Notes under the pieces: model-generated | Databases searched by the model: none | The model's input: only the letters and a program-made list of their open reading frames with translations | Told to the model about the DNA's origin: nothing | Part shown: piece after piece, positions 53,102 through 62,913 of the stretch | Layout: every line of letters starts with the position of its first letter | Numbering within the stretch: position 1 is the stretch's first letter | Position numbers and translations under genes: made by a program | Assembly (NCBI GenBank): GCA_965215505.1 | Contig: OZ244065.1 | Coordinates: forward strand, 4,448,001 to 4,512,000 | Origin: Capsulimonadaceae bacterium | GTDB taxonomy: Bacteria > Armatimonadota > Armatimonadia > Armatimonadales > Capsulimonadaceae | Direction: 5' to 3' | DNA: 64,000 bases

Positions 53102-54502
53102 TTATTCTGGAGGCGGGCGGCGTGACGGGCGGCGCGAGGGCCGGGCCGCCGCCTCGGCGCGCATCTTTGTCAGGCGCGGCAGGGCGAAGAACTGCACATA
53201 GACCCACCAGGCCACGCCGATCCCCCCCAACAGCAAGCCCGCGCCCCAGAACTCGACGCCGGGCTGGGCGAACACCCCAACACCCATCGCGACGAAAATC
53301 AGGGCGGTCAGGCCGGGCAAGGCCAGGCCGCCCGTCATGCGAAAGGGCCGCGCCCGGTCACGGTCTTTGAGGCGCAGCGCGATGACGCAGGCCGCAGCGA
53401 AGGCATAGATGAACGCCTCGGTCCCCGCCGCCAAATTGACCAGCAGGATGAACTTCTGCGTCCAGTAGACGAGGGCCGAGACCAGCAGCGCGATCCCATA
53501 GACCACCAGAACCGCCCGGTCCGGCGTGCTGAACCGCTGGGAGATGTTCGCCAGCCCCTTCGGCAGCACCTGGTCGCGTGCCATGCCGTAGAGGAACCGG
53601 CTGATGCTCATCAGGCCCGCGTTGAAGGTCGTCAAGGACATGCACAGGCTCGTCCCGATCATGCACCAGCGCCCGGCGGGGCCGAGCGCGGCAAGGGCGA
53701 AGACGAGGTGCGGGACCGGGACTCGGGCGCTTGGCGTCCCGAACAAAGCTGGGCGGCCTTCATGGGGCAGGGCGGCGAACATGGCCGTCGAGAGCAGCGC
53801 GTAGACCAGGACCAGCAGGACGACTGCGATGAACATGCCGACGGGGATGGCCCGCGCCGACTTGACCTCGTCGGCCAGCGGCGTCACCCACTCAAACCCG
53901 ACGAACAGGAAGATGGCGACCCCGACCGCCTGGAAGACCGGCCCGACGCCCCCCGTGTGCAGCGGCTGCGGGACCACGAAATGGGCGTGGGAAAGCGCCA
54001 AAATACTCATCGTCACGATGGAGGCCACGACCGAGTAGGTGACGACGTTCTGGAAGGTCCCGGCGATCCTCAGCCCGCCGTAGTTGAAGAGCGTTGCCAG
54101 GGAGAGCATCAGGAATATCCACCAGGGCGGGGAGACGGCGGGCAGGGCGGCGCTCAGGACGTGCGAAAGGACATACGCTTCCGTGCCGACCACGAGTGTC
54201 ACGCCCGACATGTAGGTCAGCGCGACCACGAGGGAGAGCTTTTCGCCGAAGGCGCGGAGGATATAAAGCCGGATGCCGTTGACGCTCGGCCACATCCCGT
54301 TCAGCTCGGAGAAGGCCGCCGCCGCCAGCGTACACAGCCCCCCCGCCAGGAGGATCGCGATCCAGGCGGCGTCCCCGGCGAGGTAACAGGCTACCTGGAC
54401 GACGACGAGGAACGTGGAGGAGGCGAAGGTCAGGCCGGCGCTGGTCGAGACGACGGTCGCCAGGCCGATGCTCCGCTTGAGCTGCGGCCCGGTTACTGCC
54501 AT
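53102..54502 (-). CDS. APC family permease
   Basis: About 12 TM helices; FSEL, FLFVGFE, RFLYGMARD, RPFR. Confidence 0.92.
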   Translation of the reverse strand: MAVTGPQLKRSIGLATVVSTSAGLTFASSTFLVVVQVACYLAGDAAWIAILLAGGLCTLAAAAFSELNGMWPSVNGIRLYILRAFGEKLSLVVALTYMSGVTLVVGTEAYVLSHVLSAALPAVSPPWWIFLMLSLATLFNYGGLRIAGTFQNVVTYSVVASIVTMSILALSHAHFVVPQPLHTGGVGPVFQAVGVAIFLFVGFEWVTPLADEVKSARAIPVGMFIAVVLLVLVYALLSTAMFAALPHEGRPALFGTPSARVPVPHLVFALAALGPAGRWCMIGTSLCMSLTTFNAGLMSISRFLYGMARDQVLPKGLANISQRFSTPDRAVLVVYGIALLVSALVYWTQKFILLVNLAAGTEAFIYAFAAACVIALRLKDRDRARPFRMTGGLALPGLTALIFVAMGVGVFAQPGVEFWGAGLLLGGIGVAWWVYVQFFALPRLTKMRAEAAARPSRRPSRRPPPE

Positions 54503-54506
54503 GAGA

Positions 54507-54857
54507 TCACTCCCATAGCATCGCCGTCACGAAGTCGAGCCGGACGATGTCCGCCTCCGGCCCCTGGATACGCAGCGTCCCGGCGTTGTACGGGTCGTTG
54601 GGGGACACCTCGCCGTAGAAGATCTGGGACAGGATCCCCGCCGTGGACTGGAGGGCCAGGTCAGCGGACGTAGGTGCCCCCCGCTGCGCGGTCATCACGC
54701 CGTCCCGCGTGGTCAGCGTCCCTTCCACGCCGATGTCGGCGGCGTGGATGTGCATGGTCCGGTTCCAGTCCTTGATCATCGCCATCAGGCGCGCGTTCTC
54801 GTTGCAGCTCCGGGCGAACGATTCGAGGCTGTCGTACATCTCTTCGGCGGGTGTCAT
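54507..54857 (-). CDS. SCP2 sterol/lipid-binding domain protein
   Basis: ADLAL...IFYGEVSPNDPYNAGTLRIQG pattern. Confidence 0.75.
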   Translation of the reverse strand: MTPAEEMYDSLESFARSCNENARLMAMIKDWNRTMHIHAADIGVEGTLTTRDGVMTAQRGAPTSADLALQSTAGILSQIFYGEVSPNDPYNAGTLRIQGPEADIVRLDFVTAMLWE

Positions 54858-55792
54858 CGCGCGTCCGTCTCCTTCGATTCCTCGTTCTCGTCAAATAAAT
54901 GGACCGCGCCGTGCCAGCCCAGGCGCTCGGTCCAGTCTTCGTAATCCTGGGGCGTGATCTCGGCCAGCGGTTTCTCCATGAGAGCGACCAGGGCGGCCTC
55001 CATCAGATTGGTGCCGCCCGAAAGGCCGTCCATCTCGGGCGTCGTGGTCGCGACCCAGCGGATGCCGGCCGCCCGGAAGCGCGCCATGCTCTGCGGCCGG
55101 GTCGTGTTGGTGACGATCCCCTTGCCCGCCACTGCCGGGGGCAGGTGACGCAAAATAAGATGGCCGTCGCCTGCGATCACGTCCGCCGCCTCGTAATACT
55201 TGGCATAACGCGGGTCCGCCTCGGGCGCGTCCTGGGCCGCTCCGGTCGGGTAGAGCTGGTGGAAAGGCGTCGTGAGCAGGCGCGAGCGGTACTTCCGGGC
55301 GAGGTCTTCGATCTCGGCGAGTGTCGTCAAGGGGAAGTCCAGGCCGATGTTGAAGATCAGGTCCCCGAAGACGCAGGGGCAGCCCATCCCGACGAACGCC
55401 TCGGCCATGCCGAAGCGGTCCAGGGCGCTGACCATCAGCACCTTCGTCGCGGGGGTGACCAGCCCGCGCGAGGCCAGAGTGCGCACCACGTCCCGCTCCA
55501 GAGTGTTCTTCAGCCCGCTGCCGTCCACGACCGGCGTCCGGGTCGCCGCCTCGGCCAGCCGCAGGCCGTCGCCGATGACGAACCGCTCCCCGTTGACCGA
55601 GAGGTACATGTCAATGCCGCCCAGCCCCAGCGCGTCCACCTGGCCGTCCATCTCCTGGATGCGGGCGCGGGCGCGGGCCATGTCCCCGCCGGTCCCCTCG
55701 CGCGAGAGCCGCACCGTCTGACCCGCCAGCGTGACCTCGCGGACGAAATCCCCGCCCGCCGACCCGAGGCTGACGCTCACCACCTGCTTCAT
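54854..55792 (-). CDS. Conserved uncharacterised protein (family often loosely labelled 'quinate 5-dehydrogenase')
   Basis: VVSVSLGS, DGQVDALGLGGID, PVVDGSGLKNTLER, DRFGMA, GTNLMEA. Label from recollection; function unknown. Confidence 0.7.
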   Translation of the reverse strand: MKQVVSVSLGSAGGDFVREVTLAGQTVRLSREGTGGDMARARARIQEMDGQVDALGLGGIDMYLSVNGERFVIGDGLRLAEAATRTPVVDGSGLKNTLERDVVRTLASRGLVTPATKVLMVSALDRFGMAEAFVGMGCPCVFGDLIFNIGLDFPLTTLAEIEDLARKYRSRLLTTPFHQLYPTGAAQDAPEADPRYAKYYEAADVIAGDGHLILRHLPPAVAGKGIVTNTTRPQSMARFRAAGIRWVATTTPEMDGLSGGTNLMEAALVALMEKPLAEITPQDYEDWTERLGWHGAVHLFDENEESKETDAR

Positions 55793-55905
55793 GCCGTAAT
55801 CATACCTCTTTTTTGCGGGCGGTTGGAACCGCCTCCGTATCCGATTCCGCCCCGATTGGGGTATCTTTAAGGGACTCTAGCGAACTAGAACGGTATCACC
55901 CACCC

Positions 55906-57621
55906 ATGCTATCCCGCTTTCTCTCCTACTACCGGCCCCACCGGGGGCTGTTCCTGCTCGATTTCTGCTGTGCGGTCGTGTCCGGCCTGCTGGAGCTTGC
56001 CTTCCCGCTCGCCGTCAAAATGTTCGTGGACAAGCTGCTGCCGGGCCAGAACTGGGGGCTGATCCTTGGTGCGACGGCGGGCCTGCTCGGGATCTATTTC
56101 CTGAACACGGGCTTGCAGTACATCGTCAACTACTGGGGGCACGTCCTGGGCATCTCGATTGAAACGGAGATGCGGCGCAAGATCTTCGACCACATGCAGA
56201 AGCTCTCGTTCCGGTTCTACGACAACCAGAAGACGGGCCGGCTGGTCGCCCGCGTCACGAAAGACCTGGAGGAAGTGGGCGAGGTGGCCCACCACGGGCC
56301 GGAGGACGCCTTCGTCGCCGTGATGACCTTCCTCGGCTCGTTCGGGCTGATGGTTTCGCTGAACCTCAAGCTCGCCCTGATCACCGGGCTGGTCGTGCCG
56401 CCCATGATGTGGATCTCGACCCGCTACGGGCGGGCGATGACGCAGACCATGCGGACGCTGTTCGGGCGCGTCGGGGACTTCAACGCCCGGATCGAGGAGA
56501 ACGTCGGCGGCATCCGCGTGGTCCAGGCGTTCGCCAATGAGGACCACGAGCGCGCCCTGTTCGCGGTGGACAACGGGAAGTACCGCGAAACCAAGCTGAA
56601 CGCCTACCTGCTCATGTCCAAGAGCATGTCCCTGAGCTACATGACCATGCGGATCGTGACGATGTTCGTGATGCTCGCGGGTGCCTACTTCGTCCTGCAC
56701 CACGCTCTCTCCGTGGGCGGGTTCATGGGTTTCCTGCTCCTGGTGAACGTCTTCTTCCGGCCCGTCGAGAAGATCAACGCCGTGCTGGAGTCGTACCCCA
56801 AGGGGATCGCGGGCTTCAAACGCTACACGGAGCTTCTGGACACCGAGCCGGACATCGCCGACGCGCCCGATGCCGTGGACGTCGGGCACCTGCGCGGCGC
56901 GATCCGGTTCGAGGGCGTGACCTTCGGCTACGACCGCCACAAGACCGTGCTGCGCGACATCGACCTGTCCATCCGCCCCGGCGAGACGATCGCCTTCGTC
57001 GGCCCGAGCGGCGCGGGCAAGACGACCCTCTGCTCCCTCCTGCCGCGCTTCTATGACCTGGACTCGGGGCGGATCACGATTGACGGCGTGGACATCCGGC
57101 ACATGACACTGGCCTCCCTGCGGCGCAACATCGGCATCGTCCAGCAGGACGTGTTCCTGTTCGCGGGCACGGTCCGGGAGAACATCGCCTACGGCCGCCT
57201 GGGCGCGAGCGACGCCGACATCTGGGAGGCGGCCCGGCGGGCGCGGCTGGGCGAGATGATCCAGGGCCTCCCGGACGGTCTGGACACCCTGACCGGCGAG
57301 CGCGGCGTGAAGCTGTCCGGCGGGCAGAAGCAGCGCATGGCCATCGCGCGCATGTTCCTGAAGAACCCCCCCATCCTGATCCTCGACGAAGCCACGTCCG
57401 CCCTGGACACCGAAACCGAGCGGGCGATCCAGGCTTCCCTGGCCGAACTCGCCGTGGGCCGCACGACCCTGGTCATCGCGCACCGCCTGGCGACCATCCA
57501 GAACGCCGACCGCATCGTCGTCGTGGACGAGAGCGGGGTCGCCGAGCAGGGCCGCCACGACGACCTGCTCGCCTTCGCCGGGGTCTACCAGCGCCTCCAC
57601 GCCGCCCAGTTCGGGTCGTAG
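55906..57621 (+). CDS. ABC exporter, fused permease/ATP-binding protein
   Basis: TM domain, AHHGPED, GPSGAGKT, LSGGQKQR, LDEATSALD. Confidence 0.95.
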   Translation: MLSRFLSYYRPHRGLFLLDFCCAVVSGLLELAFPLAVKMFVDKLLPGQNWGLILGATAGLLGIYFLNTGLQYIVNYWGHVLGISIETEMRRKIFDHMQKLSFRFYDNQKTGRLVARVTKDLEEVGEVAHHGPEDAFVAVMTFLGSFGLMVSLNLKLALITGLVVPPMMWISTRYGRAMTQTMRTLFGRVGDFNARIEENVGGIRVVQAFANEDHERALFAVDNGKYRETKLNAYLLMSKSMSLSYMTMRIVTMFVMLAGAYFVLHHALSVGGFMGFLLLVNVFFRPVEKINAVLESYPKGIAGFKRYTELLDTEPDIADAPDAVDVGHLRGAIRFEGVTFGYDRHKTVLRDIDLSIRPGETIAFVGPSGAGKTTLCSLLPRFYDLDSGRITIDGVDIRHMTLASLRRNIGIVQQDVFLFAGTVRENIAYGRLGASDADIWEAARRARLGEMIQGLPDGLDTLTGERGVKLSGGQKQRMAIARMFLKNPPILILDEATSALDTETERAIQASLAELAVGRTTLVIAHRLATIQNADRIVVVDESGVAEQGRHDDLLAFAGVYQRLHAAQFGS

Positions 57622-57639
57622 GAGCCTGGAGGGAGTGCC

Positions 57640-58155
57640 ATGACGCTCGTGCTGCGCCCGCTGCGACCCGAAGACATCGCCGAAGTCGCCGCCGCATTCG
57701 CCGCCCTCGGCTGGGGCGGGAAGTTGGAGGCGCAGTACGCGAGGTATCTGGCAGAACACGAGGCCGGAATGCGGGTGACACGCTTCGCGTTCGTCGGCGG
57801 CGTGTTCGCGGGCTACCTGAACGTGCTGTGGCGCTCAAACTACCCGCCGTTCGCCGACGCCCACATTCCCGAGATCAACGACTTCAACGTGATGCCCTCA
57901 GCCCGGCGGCGCGGCATCGGGACGGCCCTCATGGACGAAGCGGAACTGGTGATTGCGACGCGCTCCCCGATCGCGGGGGTCGGCGTGGGCATGGCGGCGG
58001 GCTACGGCCCGGCGCAAAGGCTGTACGTCAAGCGCGGCTACGTCCCCGACGGGCGCGGGCTGAGGACCCACGAGCGGCCCGTTGTTGAGGGTGAAAGCGT
58101 CCGTGTTGACGACGACCTAGTCCTGTATTTCACCAAACAACTGCGGGCGGCGTAA
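57640..58155 (+). CDS. GNAT family N-acetyltransferase
   Basis: EINDFNV, RRRGIGT, AQRLYVKRGY. Confidence 0.9.
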   Translation: MTLVLRPLRPEDIAEVAAAFAALGWGGKLEAQYARYLAEHEAGMRVTRFAFVGGVFAGYLNVLWRSNYPPFADAHIPEINDFNVMPSARRRGIGTALMDEAELVIATRSPIAGVGVGMAAGYGPAQRLYVKRGYVPDGRGLRTHERPVVEGESVRVDDDLVLYFTKQLRAA

Positions 58156-58171
58156 GCAAACTCGGAATGCT

Positions 58172-58501
58172 TCAGGCCGCGCTGCCGCCTGCGCCGGGTT
58201 CGTCATCATCGGCGACGACCTCGATCTCGACGGCCTGGTACATCTTGACGGCGAAGCCGTCTTCCATCATGGCCTCGCGGACGCCCAGCGCGATCTCCAG
58301 GTCCTCGCAGACCTCAAAGGCGACGTCCTCGCCCGCCTCGCCGACCACGATGTAAGTCTCTTCGTCCTCCTCGATCTCGTCGCTCTGGTCTACCAGGGTG
58401 AGCGGAACGAGCGGCTTGCGCTCGCCGCCTTTGCCCCCGCCCCCGTTGCTGCCGCCGTTCTTGTTGCCGCCGTTCTTGGTGCCTGCCATCGGTCGCGTCA
58501 C
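58172..58501 (-). CDS. Small acidic hypothetical protein
   Basis: AAGGAG SD; Gly/Asn/Lys-rich N-terminus, acidic C-terminus. Confidence 0.6.
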   Translation of the reverse strand: MTRPMAGTKNGGNKNGGSNGGGGKGGERKPLVPLTLVDQSDEIEEDEETYIVVGEAGEDVAFEVCEDLEIALGVREAMMEDGFAVKMYQAVEIEVVADDDEPGAGGSAA

Positions 58502-58518
58502 TCCTTGTGTGTGGTTCG

Positions 58519-59556
58519 TTATTCGGCACCCAGGGGGGTGTCCGGGTCGGTCGTCGCCGTGCGGGACGCGCGCGGGGTCAGTGGTTTTCCTACCGCCCCG
58601 CCCGTCAGCGTCTCGACGACCAGGCGGTTGAAGGCCTGCGCCTGCTCGTCGTGCGGGAGCAGTCCGCTCTTGTCGAAGACGGTCAGCTCGGCGCGGGCGT
58701 TGGCGGCGAGAAACGCCTCGGCGTCGGAGAGCGGCGTCAGCCGCGCCTCCCGGCCCCAGATGATCCGCACGGCCTTCTGCGTCAGTTTGGGGAACGTCTC
58801 CGCCACGCTCAGGTTCAGCAGGCCGCTGAAGAAGGACGGCGGCGCGTTCTGCGAGCCGTACTGGTGGGTCGCCGTCGAGTAGTGGTCGAGCAGGGCGTCG
58901 TCCACATGGGACGGGTCAAAATACGTCTCGTTCATCAAATAGTGGCGCAGGCCCGGCAGTGACGTGATCGCGTTATGGATCGTTGTCCCCAGCAGGGGTG
59001 CATGGGTGAGCGCGTAGACCGCCGCCGTGCGCGCGTCGGGCGCTTTGGCGAGGTGCCGGAAGCCGGTCGGGCAGACCAGTACCAGGCTGTGAACGGCGTC
59101 GGGGAGGTCGGCGGCCACCTGGACGGCATAGGCGCAGGCGAGCGAGGAGGCGACGATGTCGCACGGCTCCTTGACCACTTCACGCAGGAACTGGCCGAGC
59201 TGCTCGACATACTGGGCGGCGGTGTAACGGACGCGCGGCTTGTCCGACAGCCCAAAGCCCAGCCAGTCGGGGGCGTAGACCAGGCCGTGTTCCGAGAGCG
59301 CGTCGAAGTTCTTGCGCCACTCGTAGCCGGACGCGCCCGCATAGATGCCGTGCAGCAGGACGACAGGGCGGCCGCCCTCGGCGGGTTTCCCCTGGCGCGT
59401 GTAGAAGATGTCGCCATACGGGCCGGGCCAGAAGCGGCCTTCGCCGCCGAGCGGGTTGCCGAGCGCCTTGGCCCGGCCAAAGACGGCGTTGTTGGCGGCG
59501 GCCAGGGCGGTCGCCCCCGCGCCGGCCCAGAGCAGCGTCTTGAGGGTCTTGTTCAT
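58519..59556 (-). CDS. Alpha/beta hydrolase
   Basis: VLLHG, DWLGFGLSD, VASSL, LPHDE. Confidence 0.9.
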   Translation of the reverse strand: MNKTLKTLLWAGAGATALAAANNAVFGRAKALGNPLGGEGRFWPGPYGDIFYTRQGKPAEGGRPVVLLHGIYAGASGYEWRKNFDALSEHGLVYAPDWLGFGLSDKPRVRYTAAQYVEQLGQFLREVVKEPCDIVASSLACAYAVQVAADLPDAVHSLVLVCPTGFRHLAKAPDARTAAVYALTHAPLLGTTIHNAITSLPGLRHYLMNETYFDPSHVDDALLDHYSTATHQYGSQNAPPSFFSGLLNLSVAETFPKLTQKAVRIIWGREARLTPLSDAEAFLAANARAELTVFDKSGLLPHDEQAQAFNRLVVETLTGGAVGKPLTPRASRTATTDPDTPLGAE

Positions 59557-60353
59557 CGGGTGGGGACCTCGCGCGTTGTGATGGGGCTAGTATACCCAAG
59601 AACCCACCCCGGCGCAAGCGCGGCGCTTGCGCCGGGGTGGGTTCCAAAATGCCCCGCCAGAGCGTCCCGGAACGCCCCCGGCCCCGCCCCGTCCCCCGCC
59701 GCCCCCAACGCGGCGAAGCGCCAGTATTCGGTCGCGAAGAAGAGCAGCGGGCGGTCGCCGCCGGTCTGGGCGGCGACGGCGAGGCCCAGACGGAACTCGT
59801 TCCCCTCGGCGGTCGGGCGGCCCGCAGGCATGGCGTAGACGTCCAGCGGCCTGCCGCCGGGGAGCGCGTAAGTGGCGTGGAACAGGGTCGTGAGCGTGGA
59901 GGGTAGGACGGTCTTCCGGTCACGCGCGAGCCGCCGGTAGGGGCCGAGCGTTGGCGGGAAAACGTCATCGAGCGTGGCGGCGGCGACCGGCAGGGTCGTC
60001 AGCGCGGCGGCCGGGGGGACCGCAGGCGCGGCGTGGGTGATGGCGGCAGGCGCGGCGTGGCGGTGACGGCTACGGGCGCCGCTGACGATCAGGACGATCC
60101 CCAGGATCAGCGTGACGAGGGTGATCCCCACAACGGCAAGGCACGCGCCGAAGGACTGCTCTTTGAACCGCTCATCGTCGGCGGCCTTCACCTGCTGGAA
60201 CTCCGGCGATCGCTCCACCTCCGCGCGGGCGGCGGTCAGCTCCTCCGCCGTGGCGTCGTCCACGGTGACCAGGACGGCGAAGCACTCCGGGCAGGTGGTG
60301 GATTTGAGGTTCGGGTACTGCGCGCCGCAGCGCGGGCAGACTTTGGCGGGCAT
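59553..60353 (-). CDS. Zn-ribbon membrane protein, hypothetical
   Basis: CPRC...CPEC, one TM helix, Ala/Pro linker. Confidence 0.7.
   Translation of the reverse strand: MPAKVCPRCGAQYPNLKSTTCPECFAVLVTVDDATAEELTAARAEVERSPEFQQVKAADDERFKEQSFGACLAVVGITLVTLILGIVLIVSGARSRHRHAAPAAITHAAPAVPPAAALTTLPVAAATLDDVFPPTLGPYRRLARDRKTVLPSTLTTLFHATYALPGGRPLDVYAMPAGRPTAEGNEFRLGLAVAAQTGGDRPLLFFATEYWRFAALGAAGDGAGPGAFRDALAGHFGTHPGASAALAPGWVLGYTSPITTREVPTR
59601..59643. repeat. Perfect 20-bp inverted repeat with a 3-nt loop
   Basis: AACCCACCCCGGCGCAAGCG-CGG-CGCTTGCGCCGGGGTGGGTT. Confidence 0.9.
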
Positions 60354-60397
60354 GGGCCTATTGTACCCCGCCCGGCGTCACAGAACTGCCCTTGATG

Positions 60398-60952
60398 TCA
60401 GGGCTTCAGCGTCTCGCGTCCCGGTTTCCAGTCGGAGGGGCAAAGTCCGCCTGATTGAACGGCTTGCAGGACGCGCAACGTCTCCTCCACACTGCGCCCA
60501 ACATTAAGGTTGTTGATCGTTGCGTGTTGAACGATGCCCTCAGGGTCCACGATGAACAAGCCGCGCAGAGTCAGCCCCGCATTTTCAACCAGAACCCCGT
60601 AGTCCGCCGCGACTTGGTGTGTTCGGTCAGCCAGGAGCGGAAAGCGGAGGCCGGAAATGCCGTTCGCCTCGCGTGGGATTGCTACCCATGCTTTGTGACA
60701 ATGCTCACTGTCGGTACTGGCCCCAAGGATATCACAGTCCAGTTCCAGGAACTCGTCAGCCCGGTCCGAGAGCGCCGTGATCTCCGTGGGGCAGATGTGC
60801 GTGAAGTCCGAGGGATACCAGAACAGCACCAGCCACCGGCCCACATAGTCGCTGAGGCTGATGGAGCGGAACGGCGCAAGTGGGGGAAGGGTAGGGTCGT
60901 AGGCTTGCGCCGTGAAAGGAGCGGCGGGCTGACCGACTTGAAGGCTGGTCAT
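60398..60952 (-). CDS. 2-Cys peroxiredoxin (AhpC/Prx1 family)
   Basis: YPSDFTHICPTE, RGLFIVDPEG, GRSVEE, GLCPSDW; alternative GTG start at 61000. Confidence 0.93.
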   Translation of the reverse strand: MTSLQVGQPAAPFTAQAYDPTLPPLAPFRSISLSDYVGRWLVLFWYPSDFTHICPTEITALSDRADEFLELDCDILGASTDSEHCHKAWVAIPREANGISGLRFPLLADRTHQVAADYGVLVENAGLTLRGLFIVDPEGIVQHATINNLNVGRSVEETLRVLQAVQSGGLCPSDWKPGRETLKP

Positions 60953-60999
60953 GGTAATGTGGCTTCCTCTCAGACGTGGTGACGTATCAACAACAGCCA

Positions 61000-61692
61000 C
61001 TACGGGTACTCAGGCGCTTCATAGGAGAACAGCCCCGTCAAATCAAATGAAGACCCCGAAAGGCTCTTCACATGTCCATCCGCCATCAAGACATTGTAAC
61101 GGCGGTAAGGAGACTCCTTTTCCCCATGCCAGGCACCACAGCCATCGTAAAATAGCGGAATCTCGGACGGCCCATATTCCGGGTAGTGTTCCGCCGCGAT
61201 GTCATAAAGGTTGTAGGCTGTTAGACTCGACACCGTGGCGTGTGCTAAAACAATTTTTGTTGTGTAGTAGTAGCTGGTGCCGAAAGTCTCAAAAGAACTG
61301 TTCCTTGCATCCAGCGGATAATAAGAAAACAGATCGAAACTCGAAAATCCCGCGTCTGACGGACATCTCCAAGCATTCGGAGAGTTGACATACGGCTGCA
61401 ATACGACGTTGATTGGCTTCATCTGAGAGACGAGAAGCCAGTCTTCCCCGCCCACGGTCTGCCAGTAGTTTGTTTTTAGATCAAACGGATCGCCACCAAG
61501 GGGGTAAAAGTCGTCATTGTCTTGGGAATACAGGCTGCAAGCCATCCCCAGGTTCCGGAGGTTCGATAGGCAAGCCGTGCGCCGCCCTGCTTCTCTGACG
61601 GACTGAAACACCGGGAAAATCATTGCGGCTAGAATAGAGACGATCCCTATTACTATCAGCAACTCGACAAGAGTGAACCCTTTTCGTTTCAT
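61000..61692 (-). CDS. Prepilin-type N-terminal cleavage/methylation protein (DUF1559 / H-X9-DG type)
   Basis: KRKGFTLVELLIVIGI, CLSNLR, WRCPSD, WH...NVLMADGHVK. Confidence 0.92.
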   Translation of the reverse strand: MKRKGFTLVELLIVIGIVSILAAMIFPVFQSVREAGRRTACLSNLRNLGMACSLYSQDNDDFYPLGGDPFDLKTNYWQTVGGEDWLLVSQMKPINVVLQPYVNSPNAWRCPSDAGFSSFDLFSYYPLDARNSSFETFGTSYYYTTKIVLAHATVSSLTAYNLYDIAAEHYPEYGPSEIPLFYDGCGAWHGEKESPYRRYNVLMADGHVKSLSGSSFDLTGLFSYEAPEYP

Positions 61693-61696
61693 GACC

Positions 61697-62149
61697 TTAA
61701 TCCTGTTGCATCAGTCTTTTCAACGAGTTCTCCGCCGTCTTCAAGCCAAGCCCGCCTGCGGCTCGGCTACGCAGTTTTCCGGCGGCATCAAAGAGAAAAT
61801 AGCTCGGCCAAAGCCCTGATGTTTGGAAGCGGTCCCCAATCGTGTGATCATTGTCTATGGCGCAGGGACCATTAATCCCTAGCTCTTCCGCGACCACTTT
61901 CACCTTCGCTATCTCTGTGTCCTCTGGGGAACGGGGCTGATGTATCGAAACCAAATACAATCCTTGCTCCCGGTATGCCGCCAATAGTTCTTTGAGCCGA
62001 GGCATGTTCATTTTGCAGATCGGGCAAGAGATAGCCCAAAACTGAAACAGTGTCGGGCGCTCAATTAGGTCTTGACTCGCCACACTACGATTCAGCCACT
62101 CCGTTGCTCCTTCCAGTGAAGGAATTGATGTACCAACTTGCAAAGCCAA
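61697..62149 (-). CDS. TlpA-like thiol-disulfide oxidoreductase (redoxin)
   Basis: FWAISCPIC, WPSYFLFD. Confidence 0.88.
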   Translation of the reverse strand: MALQVGTSIPSLEGATEWLNRSVASQDLIERPTLFQFWAISCPICKMNMPRLKELLAAYREQGLYLVSIHQPRSPEDTEIAKVKVVAEELGINGPCAIDNDHTIGDRFQTSGLWPSYFLFDAAGKLRSRAAGGLGLKTAENSLKRLMQQD

Positions 62150-62170
62150 AACCGCTCTCCACTGAAAGAC

Positions 62171-62797
62171 TCATTGCGAACTGATATGCTTGATCGCGCT
62201 CGCGGCCCTGCGGCGAACCACAACGTCAGTATCGTTCAATAAAGGCGTCAGGTATGGGAGCGCTCGTGTATCCTTCAACTGGTTGAAAACTCCCATAGAC
62301 CGTAATTTGTCTGTTCTGTTTGAATGCATTATGAACGTTGCCATGGTCTGAAATACCACTTCTTTTTGAGAGGGTGTATAGCTCTTGACTTCCTGCAACG
62401 CCTCAAAGAAATTTGCCCGCCTGATGGATGAGACAGTAACATCTTGGCTGGGTCCTGGGCTTTTCAACATCTGAATGAGCCAGTTCAAATCTGTGTCAGA
62501 GATAGTGCCGTTCTTCGCGCTTTCTAGAATATGTCCCCTCTTAACGTAGTCATCTTTATACATCACCCCTTCACTCTCGTTGATCTTGGCTTGTTCAGCA
62601 GGAGGCATATCCGAAAAATTGACTGGGTGGCGATGTAGAGATTGCACTGAGACATGGTTACTGCGGAGGGTAAGCAGGCCAAACACGACACAGAGGGCGA
62701 TAAAACCAATTAGTAGAATTGCCGGCCTTGAAATTTTCAATGCAAAAGTCCTCGACGCCCAGGCAGTCATGAAACTGATGTCACACGGGCTTTCCAT
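62171..62797 (-). CDS. Membrane-anchored HEAT-repeat protein
   Basis: N-terminal TM helix; DTRALPYLTPLLNDTDVVVRRRAASAI. Confidence 0.7.
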   Translation of the reverse strand: MESPCDISFMTAWASRTFALKISRPAILLIGFIALCVVFGLLTLRSNHVSVQSLHRHPVNFSDMPPAEQAKINESEGVMYKDDYVKRGHILESAKNGTISDTDLNWLIQMLKSPGPSQDVTVSSIRRANFFEALQEVKSYTPSQKEVVFQTMATFIMHSNRTDKLRSMGVFNQLKDTRALPYLTPLLNDTDVVVRRRAASAIKHISSQ

Positions 62798-62913
62798 TCA
62801 GACTGAAATCTGCGTCTTCAACGAAGCAACCGTCCGCCTGCACGGACTGATGAAGTAGATATGGACTCCGGCCCGAATGGAAAGCCTGTGTGACATCAGC
62901 CACCCATATGGCA

